The position numbers were made by a program, and so were the translations under genes. Positions 50,501-61,740 of a stretch of 64,000 bases of DNA are shown here, piece after piece; position 1 is the stretch's first letter; every line of letters begins with the position of its first letter. The notes beneath the pieces are model-generated. The model saw only the letters and a list, made by a program, of their open reading frames with translations. It did not search any database and was not told the origin of the DNA. Where the stretch lies: NCBI RefSeq assembly GCF_902652985.1, contig NC_047018.1, positions 26,536,001 to 26,600,000 on the forward strand. Reading direction: 5' to 3'. The stretch comes from Pecten maximus (taxonomy: Eukaryota).

Positions 50501-51867
50501 TGTTACATGACTGACTAAACAACACAACAGTTATATGAGGCTGTGTTGACCTACCGTGATGTAATGACTGTTACATGACTGACTAAACAACACAACACAA
50601 CAGTTATACGAGGCTGTGTTGACCTACCGTGATGTAATGACTGTTACATGACTGACTAAACAACACAACACAACAGTTATATGAGGCTGTGTTGACCTAC
50701 CGTGATGTAATGACTGTTACATGACTGACTAAACAACACAACACAACAGTTATACGAGGCTGTGTTGACCTACCGTGATGTAATGACTGTTACATGACTG
50801 ACTAAACAACACAACACAACAGTTATACGAGGCTGTGTTGACCTACCGTGATGTAATGACTGTTACATGACTGACTAAACAACACAACACAACAGTTATA
50901 CGAGGCTGTGTTGACCTACCGTGATGTAATGACTGTTACATGACTGACTAAACAACACAACACAACAGTTATATGAGGCTGTGTTGACCTACCGTGATGT
51001 AATGACTGTTACATGACTGACTAAACAACACAACAGTTATACGAGGCTGTGTTGACCTACCGTGATGTAATGACTGTTACATGACTGACTAAACAACACA
51101 ACAGTTATACGAGGCTGTGTTGACCTACCGTGATGTAATGACTGTTACATGACTGACTAAACAACACAACACAACAGTTATACGAGGCTGTGTTGACCTA
51201 CCGTGATGTAATGACTGTTACATGACTGACTAAACAACACAACAGTTATATGAGGCTGTGTTGACCTACCGTGATGTAATGACTGTTACATGACTGACTA
51301 AACAACACAACAGTTATACGAGGCTGTGTTGACCTACCGTGATGTAATGACTGTTACATGACTGACTAAACAACACAACACAACAGTTATACGAGGCTGT
51401 GTTGACCTACCGTGATGTAATGACTGTGAAAACCTTTAAAGTAGGTTTTAACAACACCCAGATGATGGGATGAAATGCCCTGTTTTGTTGACTAGTGCGG
51501 AACCCACATATATGCTGGATAACAGGACGTGTTTTCTGATTTGCTCTGTGTTTTCCACATATGCGGATATGTGGAGCTTTGTTCACAGCGACCAGAGGAC
51601 AGCCAGTCTGTAGGTTTTTCTGACCAAGTCTGGACGTAGCTTTCACACTGGTTAATAACTTTGATGACAAACATCTGAAATTGAAGAGTTGTAATGTTAT
51701 CAAAACAGACACTACTGGAAACATGGGCTTCAATAACATCCAAATAGCTTTTTATCATTCCACAAAACACCTTGTCATATGTACTTCTACAGAAAGACAG
51801 ACACTTACTGGTATTATAAAGTATAGTTGTGCAAAATTAAATACCTAAAGACTAGTTCAAACTGCAT
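44510..51867 (-). CDS. OMA1: Mitochondrial M48 metalloendopeptidase OMA1, 9 coding exons
   Basis: Exons 51867-51845 (tentative start), 51674-51411, 49387-49183, 48055-47882, 47222-47115, 45990-45862, 45612-45538, 45153-45007 and 44692-44510. Motifs: TPITNRKQF, NAFVLPTGHVF, HEMAH (HExxH), FSRELEEEADVVG, STHPSNENR and the C-terminal CKC. Confidence 0.93.
45417..45525 (-). mobile_element. Decayed solo LTR of the tRNA-LTR TRIM family in an OMA1 intron
   Basis: The minus strand reads TGTAGCGGAACTGGACTGGG..gcagctcaaatg..tcggaggtcacgggtt..tttttcctcttctgttCA, matching the LTR at 54523. Confidence 0.8.
46075..46535 (-). mobile_element. Degenerate HINE/Helentron-like element
   Basis: End sequence caaggggcccatgggcc..ggtcatctga, two diverged internal monomers, and a gacg/cacgg microsatellite remnant. 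Confidence 0.45.
47288..47533. repeat. 31-bp minisatellite, about 8 copies (a 42-bp x ~3.5 repeat follows at 47583-47745)
   Basis: Unit acacctgtaagtggtttatattacaagtttt. Confidence 0.93.
48785..49210 (-). repeat. Diverged tandem repeat derived from the OMA1 exon 3 end plus its donor
   Basis: Units aaggtcagtgagtgtgaggtcaaacag|gtaca resemble the real junction aaggtcagcgagtatgaagctgaacag|gtatg. Confidence 0.85.
49750..51427 (-). repeat. 68/73-bp minisatellite made of the OMA1 exon 2 end plus its splice donor, about 24 copies
   Basis: Every unit carries acagtcattacatcacg|gtaggtc, identical to the real exon/intron boundary at 51411/51410. Confidence 0.97.
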
Positions 51868-54554
51868 GGGACAACAGCAAAATTTTAGCCCTGTGAAATT
51901 AACAACTATACAATATTAAGGAGACTTTTATAAATGTTTTTGATATATTCATCCCCTGTGACCTTGAAAGGGGGTCAATAATATTTCTGCCAATCGTTTG
52001 AAAAATCACATGAGCAATTTTCTCAGCATGTGATATAGTGTTCTAATGATAATAATCTTTTTTCTATTTGCGAATATTTTGTGATTATTCTGTAAATGTA
52101 GTGCTAAACCTTCCTACCTGGTCCCAGAAGGTTGTATTATGTATTTGCCCAGTATTATATATTAACATACTAGTGGTACTTTTAGCCAAATTACATTACA
52201 TTGATATAGTGAAAAACGTCAAATTTCATAATCATAAAAGGTGTGTCCTATTGGTATAAAATAGATATTTTCATATTTTAGCAGAGACCTATATAACTAT
52301 TGTGTAGGTCTCTGTTTTAGCAGCACCCGCTCAGTAGTGAATTTTGTTTACTAAAATTTACGAAAAATCTTACTCTTAACTTTATTTATAACATATGATA
52401 AATACATCTTCATATGTAAAGTAAAGGCTGCTTCATTTATGCTGGCAGCAAATATGTCGCCTGCACCAGCTGATCAAATGTGTCCTATGATATCAGGATA
52501 TTGGCAGGTTGGGGAAAACAGCCAACTTGCGTATAATATGCAAACCCGTGTATTACACCAGCTGGAGTATAGATTTGTTCCTAAAAAATGCTGAAATCAC
52601 TTAAACAGTGAATTTTGTAATTGTAGTATTTTTCTGTGTTCTTGTAATATTTCTCTGTTAATAAATATTTAGTATTTTAATAGCGCATCGGTCTGTTGAC
52701 CTGCGAAGTACTTAATTCTTCATACCTGTGGCACTTATCATCCACATGGCTCCCTTTCACTTTTATTGCCCTCTGTTAGAGAGGTATTTATTGCCTCTCC
52801 ATTCATATCACCTGAAAGATGGGATACACCAATCTGGGGGCTCCTGCGATGTCCACATCCATATCAAGGTCAACATTTACTTGTCATTAATTGTTTTTCT
52901 GAGTGTTATGTGTATTATTATTGTCACATTTAGATAAAAGGAGCTGTCCGATCGTTCACAGGAGCAGGGTTCTCCTTTACTCCTCTTTTTCTCTAAACTA
53001 GGGTATTGTGGCGGGTGTCTGGCGCTAACTCAAAGACACTTTACAGAGGACTGCCGGAGTTTGATTCCATTGATTTGACAGCACCAGCAGTTTTTCGCTC
53101 CACAATATATTATTTAACAACACATTAGTTTACTACAAGGTAAATAATATTTCACTCAATGAGTTAACTGATAGTGTTGTCTACTTAGAAATTTGATGTT
53201 ACTCAACAGGAAGTATTACATCAATTTCTGGTCTATATGTACTTTTCAACGTGCAAATAATGTTTAATTTTGCATTTGGTTGATATTTCATGACTAACTA
53301 CATGTGACTTGGACGAAATCTTAAAAAAGTTAATTTTAAAGTGATTTTGACTTTCTTTAGTGTCTAACAAAGCTATAGCATATCTGGCGTCTCATAGGCA
53401 AGGTTGCTTATTATACGCAAGTTGGTGTTTTTCTCAAACCTGATTTTATACTTTGTACTAATGATCAGTTACAGTACTGTTTCAGTACCATATTTACAGG
53501 TGTAGCACAATCATTACCTTCCTCTTCCACACAGAGTAAGAAACATGGTTCTATTTGCTTTGAAAAGAAGGCACAGAGTGCATCAAAGAATTGTAGACAT
53601 TCACACTGCACACCCTCGATGTCAACACCCAAACCTGTAAAAACCCAGATAAAAGAGTTACTCAAGGGACATAATTTATTGAAACCGAAAGTAGGGGAGA
53701 AGTAATTATTTTGTAAAGGTGTTGTGTTATTTTTATTTCGTTTGAGGTTGTTATTATAACACTCTTCAAATCCCACTTTTATTTCTAAGAATCAAATTAT
53801 ATAATTTTATTACAATTTTAGTTTTAAAAAAGCAATATTTGATCATCAATATTGCATTTAGTGGAAGCAGGTGCCCGTCTCCCCGGCAAAATTTCCCCTT
53901 TGTTGTCAATGGCTACAACATAACATCATGGCGGACATTAATTTGTAACGGTTCCACAACAATGCTTGTTTCTGGATGTTAAACTAACCAACGCTGATAA
54001 AGACAGGTATTTGATTTTCTAACTTATCCACTGTATATCCTACGAGCCTGGTTTACATGAGTTTTAAAATGGGCGTACCTTGGTGGCTTAATTATGCAGC
54101 TTACAATTGTTTTTAAAAAAAAGTTTGTTGTTTTAATGGTTGTGAGTAGGTTCAGATTCTGGCTCTGGTTTACGAATATTCATGTCCAGGTACATTTGTG
54201 TCATGTACATATACTCTTTGATTTACAAATTATGTTTAACGTAATTGTAGAGGTCTTTAATGTGGAAATGTGACATTAAATATTTCATTGATGTAGTTTA
54301 AACACTATTTTATTATACAGAAAAGCAAATACATGATACATTTTTTTTATTGACATTAAAGATATGAAATACTAGCTTTTATCTAGCGGTCTCGTTGTTG
54401 TTTTATATATAACTGCATGCAATAAATTAGTACCATTAGTTGTAACTAGCTCAGAAGGCCATAGAATTAAAAAAAAATCAATCATGCATGTCCGATTATC
54501 AATTAAGTGATAAGGGTATATGTGTAGCGGGACTGGACTGGGTCGATCATCGGT

Positions 54555-54626
54555 GACCAGGTAGCTCAAATGGTAGAGCATCCGGCTAGTGTTCGGAGGT
54601 CCCGGGTTCGAACCCCGGTCTGGCCG
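54555..54626 (+). tRNA. tRNA(Thr-AGT)-like module in the 5' LTR (element-borne, not a stand-alone gene)
   Basis: Acceptor stem GACCAGG/TCTGGCC (one A-C mismatch), D arm GCTC/GAGC, anticodon arm TCCGG-CT-AGT-GT-TCGGA, T arm CCGGG-TTCGAAC-CCCGG. A and B boxes are intact. Confidence 0.6.
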
Positions 54627-54773
54627 CTACATTTTCTCCTCTCCTGTTACAAAATTGGCGCCCAACTAAAATACCCACGGTGGTGGTATAAGGGTCTCGT
54701 GTGTCTTCGAGGGCGAAGACTTGGAAAAAAGGAGGGAGGTGTGTAGCGGGACTGGACTGGGTCGATCATCGGT

Positions 54774-54845
54774 GACCAGGTAGCTCAAATGGTAGAGCAT
54801 CCGGCTAGTGTTCGGAGGTCCCGGGTTCGAACCCCGGTCTGGCCG
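54774..54845 (+). tRNA. Identical tRNA(Thr-AGT)-like module in the 3' LTR
   Basis: Exact copy of 54555-54626. Confidence 0.6.
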
Positions 54846-55647
54846 CTACATTTTCTCCTCTCCTGTTACATATGTAGTGCATCATAGTGCAATCTGCCAT
54901 GGGTAGGTTAAAAGTAGTTGATATAGGTAGCTGTGGTTGCATTTATTATGTAGAATACAAATGATACTTATGTTAAAATCAAACAAGGCAATAAATATCT
55001 CCAGTTCAAGAAATTCTTCAAAAACCAACATCCTGCCAATTACAAGTTCATGCGTGTGTTGTGGTTCATTCACTGGCCGGATTTCTATCAAAATAGTTTA
55101 GACACTTTCTGATTGTGAATTTAAAATCACTTACTATTAGATACAATTAGTTAATTATTACTGTTCACAGAATAGTACAAACTATTGTAAATAAGTCAAT
55201 ATTAAATATATTAAGTGCCTTTAGAAATTGTATGGTTGACATGAATACTTGCATCTCAGATGTTTACATTTCTAGTTTGCAGTATTTATGTATACATACT
55301 AGTCTAGGAAAACCTGGCTAGTGAAATATTGTACACCCTCTGTTTATTGTTTGAAGAGATGTAAAATCTTGGAAGACCTTATAAATCTTTTTTTATTTGT
55401 AAGCTTGAAGATTCAGCATCCATTGCAATAGTCCAAATTATTCTGACATTTTATTGACTTATATTAATATCAATCTGGTGTTGTTTAACATTGTCCAGAC
55501 CAATATCACTTGGACAACAATTGCTCATATGTGTAATCATAAACCGCATGAAATCTGCAATAAATATGATATTGATAATATACTTATATCATCTTTTTGA
55601 TTCATATTTAGATAAAATTTGTATTTGTGATTATTTTGCAGAAAAAT

Positions 55648-58600
55648 ATGGAAAAAGAATCCAAAAAGCGAGGGAGACGATCTCAAGTTGGTCCGTTAGA
55701 TGGACATGAAGGAAATACATCTTTCGAACTGGATTTAGCCTCAGACAAAACTCCCCAACATCATACTAACAGGTAATGTTTACTTTTTAACCATTTTGTT
55801 ATTCTCAAGAATGTATGGAAGAACAGTTCATTTTATTCCAAAACAGTTATGCATGACTGGGAAATAATAGTCAGTGGCTTGGTTATACACAGTTTTGTAG
55901 TGTTTGGATAAGACAGTGTTTTCTTATTTGTAAACGTTATCATGGTAGATAATCATTTTGAAGCTTGTAGCTATTTTGAGATATATTGATGAACTATGAA
56001 TGAATATTCAAAACTATGTATTCTTCGTCCAAAAACCATTGACATCACATTTCAATATTGTCACTGTGAAGTATCAACCATTATTTCCCATAAATCTTTC
56101 TTCAAATAATTGGAATACAAAGGTTCACAGCAGATCAATAATTACCGAGCTGTTATAATATTATGACTGTTTAATGACAACACCAGTTGCTGACCCTAAC
56201 AACCTTTTGAGTTATTAAATGGGCCTTACTATAATATATGGTACTATTATTATTACTGACATAATAGTCAATAGCTAAGTGTTTTAGACTGGGTAACCTC
56301 TCACCTCACAATGCTTTGATACTAACTTTATATGATGGGATCAAAAGTCTATTAGTCTTACAATTCAGATAAATTGTGGACACAATCAGCTGATTCATTA
56401 CTAATAATAGTCACTAAGTTGTAATCATTCAGTAATTTGTTTTGATGTTGATGTTAAGTCACAAAGAAGTTGTTTGGTATTTATTTATTCTGGAACATTA
56501 TTTCTTGCACTGTAAATTAAGAATGCTTTAACCTTACACGGAGGCATCATTCCATAAAACTTTTTTTTTTTTTTAATCGAACCATTCATTCACCATTGTT
56601 TTAAGATTTAAAGAACACCTACAGTGCTGCTTCACATGCAATCGTTCAATGCATTAGTTGCTAATAGGCAGACATGTTTATGTTCATATTCCTAACCCTG
56701 TCAACAGTTTAGTATAATTGTACCCCTTCATTCCTCAGTGTGGATCACCCTGAAATGTTGTAAGTAAAGTGTTTGTTAAGTTTTACCTATTTGTATATAA
56801 TGCTATGATGTTGTTTATTGTCATTGTTGTACTTACATGTGTATATATAGATTACAACCTGATTTACATACAATATTGGGTCAATGAACTTCACTTGATC
56901 AATTGGGTTAATCGAGTGACCCAATACTGAAAAAATAGTTTTGTTGGCTAGCTAAATAGTTGTTAACTTTGTAAATCTTTAAGATACAATAACATTGTAG
57001 TTGACAGAGTATGACGATATTTAAGACCTAACACAGTCATTTTGATTAAGTAGATAGCATTTCAAACTTATACTATAGCTTACAGTTTTAGCTTTGCTTT
57101 AACATTTTACCTTATTTGAAAAATCGCTGTATTACCCATAATAAAAGCTCACTTATAACCACAGTTCTATAAATATTCATATACTGCTATACAGAATTGA
57201 CAGGAAATCTACATGGAGGTTGATTCTTTCATAGTGTTGAGTTCATGAGGTTGATTCTCTCATAGTGTTGAGTTCATGAGGTTGATTCTCTCATAGTGTT
57301 GAGTTCATGAGGTTGATTCTCTCATAGTGTTGAGTTCATGAGGTTGATTCCTTCATATTGTCGAGTTAATGAGGTTGATTCCCTCATGGTGTTGAGTTCA
57401 TGAGGTTGATTCTCTTATAGTGTCAAGTTAATGGGGTTGATTCCTTCATATTGTCAAGTTATTGAAGTAATGAGGTTGATTTTCTCACAGTCACATTGTC
57501 AGGCATCTTTGCTAACCAAGGGTTACTCTACGCTAAGCTCCATTTCACGTGAAATGGAACGTAATTAGCGTAGAGTAACCCATGGTTAGCGAATATGAGT
57601 GTCAGGTAACTGAGATTGACTCCCTCATGATGTCAAATTAATAAGGATGACTCCCACATAATGTCAACTTAATAAGTTTGACTTCCTCATAGTGTGACCT
57701 TGACCCCATTAGAGTTCCAGGTTGATGAGACTGAGTCCCTTGTAGTTAACGACTTTGTCATCCTCTTAGTATGAAATTATAATTGATCAACAAGATTTAC
57801 ACCCTGAATTTTAAATACAAAGTTGATAAGACTGACAACTACTGAATCATATTAACTGGTGAAGTGACCACTCATGTATCTTTCCTTTGATTGTACACAC
57901 TTCACAAGGCTTTCTCCCTTATTTCTCCCTCAAGTTAACATGGCCTTATTTTGTTTTATCAAAGCATGTTGTCAGTATGACTACCTGTTTTGTTTGATAA
58001 TTGTATGGTGACATTTTCTTATAGTAAGTGTACATGACTTTTATTTGGCTTGCTATTCATCTGGTGGTGGGTTACATGATAAAAACAAGTCATTTTATCA
58101 TTTTCTGTTTTGACACTACATTATAATCTCCAACAGTTTTCTCAATGCATGTCATTAGTTTATACAATGTGTATTTCATTTTCTAGCTAGTTTTTGCTAG
58201 TTTATGATTTATTTTTGAGGTGGCTTGAGCTAACATTTATCGTTTTGGTGACAAGTTTTTGCTTTGAATAATTTCATGATGCATGATGTAAATGATGATC
58301 AATTTTGATGATAGATTTGTGAATCTCTAATTTTTTTCACCAACAATGTTTGATAATTACTTACTTCATAATCTTTGTATATGTCTATAGAATCAAAGCT
58401 CAAATTCTTGTTAGTATTCCTTACTTTAAATGATTCAAATCAATATCAGTCACTTATAATCAATGATATGAAACTAAACAACATAATGCCTATATAGACA
58501 TATATTAAACATATAGTATCTAGTTTGACCTATACATTATACAGGATAGAGCCTTAAGTAGTATCACAGGGGATTGCCTTTTTCAATAATTAGCTCGTCT

Positions 58601-61600
58601 CTTCGAAGAAGAGTGAGAGCTTATGTCGTCACTCCGGCGTCGGCGTCGGCGTTGGTTTTCCAAATGTTAAATTTTTGGTGCAAGTGTTGAAAGGCATAGT
58701 AATTTATGGTAATATGGTCCCTGTGGGGGTCAAACTAACCCCTGCCGGAGTTAAACTAAAAGATTTTTTGGAAAAAAAACAGATTTTTGAAAATTTTTGG
58801 ACTTAGAAAATTTTTGCGTTAAGTTTTTGGTGCAAGTGTTGAAAGGTATTAATACACCACTTTATAATTGTACTAGGGTGCTGATAATTGGTAATAGACT
58901 CCCTCTTGGGTTAAACTATCCCCTGCCGGAGTTAAACTAAAAATTTTTTGGGAAAAAACCAGAATTTTCAAATTTTTGGACTTAGAATATTTCTGCGTTA
59001 AGTTTTTGGTGCAAGTGTTGAAAGGTATTAATACACCACTTTATAATTGTACTAGGGTGCTGATAATTGGTAATAGACTCCCTCTTGGGTTAAACTATCC
59101 CCTGCCAGAGTTAAACTAAAAGATTTTTTTGGGAAAAAAACAGAATTTTCAAATTTTTGGACTTAGAATATTTCTGCGTTAAGTTTTTGGTGCAAGTGTT
59201 GAAAGGTATTAATACACCACTTTATAATTGTACTATGGTGCTGATAATTGGTAATAGACTCCCTCTTGGGTTAAACTATCCCCTGCCGGAGTTAAACTAA
59301 AAATTTTTTGGGAAAAAACCAGAATTTTCAAATTTTTGGACTTAGAATATTTCTGCATTAAGTTTTTGGTGCAAGTGTTGAAAGGTATTAATACACCACT
59401 TTATAATTGTACTATGGTGCTGATATTTGGTAAAAGAGTCCCTATGGAGTTACACTATCCCTTCTTGGGGTGAAACTGAAAATAAAACAATGTGAAAATG
59501 CTCACAATAGACAATTTATACCGATCCACATTTTTCAAGGGAGACAACTCTCATCAGGATAATATTTTGTCAAAAAATTGAAGAAATATGTCCAAAAGCA
59601 ATTACATTTGTATTTAATATATTCATTTAATCTACAACAGCATAGCTTGTCTCCCGAAGGTTTGTCAATAAATAATTTATATATATATAAATTTGTATGG
59701 TTTTGAAAATTGCATGAATTCACAAAGCATAATCTGATCAAGTAAACAAGTTAAATATTATTAATGCAATTTGCGAAACCAGTCCAATTAATATATTTTA
59801 ATTATTTATTGACAAACATTTGCGAGACGAGCTATGCTGTTCTCCAACAGCTCTTGTTTTTATTCTGATTCGATCATATCTTTGTAGTGGTGACTTACAC
59901 TTATTTTTTGTGTGATTTGAACAAGAATGCGGAAAATGTCTTTGGTATATGAATTCTAAACCAGTTCATTAACATTAAAATTAGTTTTCTGAGGTATATC
60001 AAAATCATTATCTCATTGTGTGTTTACCAAGTTTGATTGCCAAATACAACATATAGAAATGTGTGATAAAGTTATGAGCATGTGTTGGTGGACCATTTTA
60101 TGGTAAATGGTAGTTTACTTCTAGTCAAGATAGCTTTACAAAATGATCAAAGAAGATAAGATTTTAATGGTATTCATAAGTATTCCAGGCAAAAGGACTA
60201 AAATCCCAGTAAAACCAGAATTATCTCCCCTTCTACTGATTCAATCATGAAATAAATATGAGTGCCGTTTCTAGACAGCTGAATGTGTTATAAGTAGTAG
60301 GAGTTACTTATTGATTGTCATAAAAGGTGTTTTAGAATGTCTGAAATTAGAATTCGAATGTTGTCCAAGCATTACCTCACAGGCCATTAATGATGCATAA
60401 CTTCACAAAGGTCTCTACCCCCACCCCTTGTATTTGATTCTAATTGTACGGTTATCATATTTCTGGGAAAGCAGATTTTCATTTTTGGCTGGTGTTTGGG
60501 ATTATGACTAATGGGAGTATATTAATGTACATTGTATGTATTTTACTTATATCTACCAGACACTTAAGTACAAATTTATTTGAGTATATATAAACTGAAC
60601 TACTCCATTTAAAAATATTTTATCACCCATGACTTTAAGCTTTCAGCTGTTAAATATTTAAGTGAGCATGTAAATAACACCTGATAAAATCTGACAGAAA
60701 TAAATCAGTTACGAATAACATTTAATTGATCAGAAATAAGTATGTCTGACACTTAACAAAGGAAATGGTAGAACATTATTCCTGTTGTAGTTTTGTCCCA
60801 TATAGAATTAAATGGAATGATACTCTTGGTGTGTTTGTTACAAGGATTTCAACAAGGATTTTTATATGAGCTTAGATTATTTCATGTTGATATTTTGCAT
60901 TTTAGTTCTTAAAGTGCATCTATAGACATGAGATACAATACCCAATGAATTGAAATCTTCATTCCAGTATTGAATCACAAAAATTTATTCAAAATATTCT
61001 TAATTGTAGAAATCTGTATAGTATTTGTTTAGCTGTGTAACAATTTACTGCACGTTAAGTATTATATTTGTTTTACAATTCTGGGAAACTAGCAGTAGGC
61101 ACTCCATAATTTCCTGGAGATTCTAGATCATTTACAATAAAAACAATTATCATGCTAAAAATTTTTTTTTTTCTGCCTTTATCAGCAGTCGAGCTGCCTG
61201 GGTATACTATTGTTGAGAGTTTTGACAATAGAACTATCTACACCATTGTATCACTGTCTGGGTCTCACTAAGGGTTCCGAAAATTCACCATTCTTTGGTC
61301 ATATTATAGTAATCAGACCCTGGTGTTTTAATTGAGATGATCTCCAGTGTGTTTCTTTCTTCTTTTTTTTTTCCAGAAATATCTACTAATGCTCTTTCTA
61401 CAAAATAAATTGTACATCTGCAAATTGCAAATCATTTCTCAGCATCTTCCAAGAAAAGACATCCTTGTGGTCCTTTGATCATTTATGAAGATTCTTCTGA
61501 ATGTAATTTAACTAAAAAGAAGAATTAACATCAAGTAATGTTACTTAACAAGGATCCATATGTAACTGTTACTAAACAGACTTTTTTCACCTTTTTTCAG

Positions 61601-61740
61601 TAAAGTATTAGATACCTTCAGAGACCATGTCAAGGAAGCCAGTCGAAAGAAGAATGCCATCGCAGCCATAGTAGATGCTAAGAAGAGTCTGTCTAAATGG
61701 CGTTCTTATGCAACATCTAAACGTGTCAGGGAGCGCAAAA
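55648..61740 (+). CDS. 5' part of an uncharacterised gene that continues beyond the window
   Basis: Exon 55642-55772 (ATG at 55648; MEKESKKRGRRSQVGPLDGHEGNTSFELDLASDKTPQHHTN, phase 2). Optional 21-nt exon 56739-56759. Exon 61601-61740 (phase 2 in; KVLDTFRDHVKEASRKKNAIAAIVDAKKSLSKWRSYATSKRVRERK|gtaagt). Probable UTR exons end at 53139 and 54006. Confidence 0.6.
57215..57490. repeat. 31-bp minisatellite, decaying to about 57760
   Basis: Unit gaggttgattctctcatagtgttgagttcat. Confidence 0.9.
57504..57597. mobile_element. 94-bp palindromic MITE with a 9-bp TSD
   Basis: Foldback centred on TTTCACGTGAAA. Flanks ATTGTCAGG and AGTGTCAGG. Confidence 0.8.
58590..59857 (+). mobile_element. Well-preserved non-autonomous Helentron (HINE/DINE-1-like) carrying ~180-bp satellite monomers
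   Basis: Subterminal inverted repeats TAGCTCGTCTC (58591) and GAGACGAGCTA (59824). (GGCGTC)n microsatellite. Monomers at 58821, 59000, 59181 and 59360. 3' hairpin GCTGTT-ctcc-AACAGC followed by TCTTGTTTTT. Confidence 0.85.

Larger units (their letters stand above)
54523..54870 (+). mobile_element. Intact TRIM (miniature LTR retroelement) with tRNA-derived LTRs (Helenus-like)
   Basis: Identical 129-bp LTRs at 54523-54651 and 54742-54870 (TGTAGC..GTTACA). PBS TGGCGCCCAAC at 54656-54666. PPT GGAAAAAAGGAGGGAGG at 54723-54739. 4-bp TSD TATG. 90-bp non-coding interior. Confidence 0.95.

Noticed and set aside
54555-54845. A tandem pair of genuine tRNA-Thr genes
   Set aside because: Both lie inside identical LTRs with a PBS, PPT and TSD, and the acceptor stem has a mismatch. 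They are better explained as parts of the TRIM.
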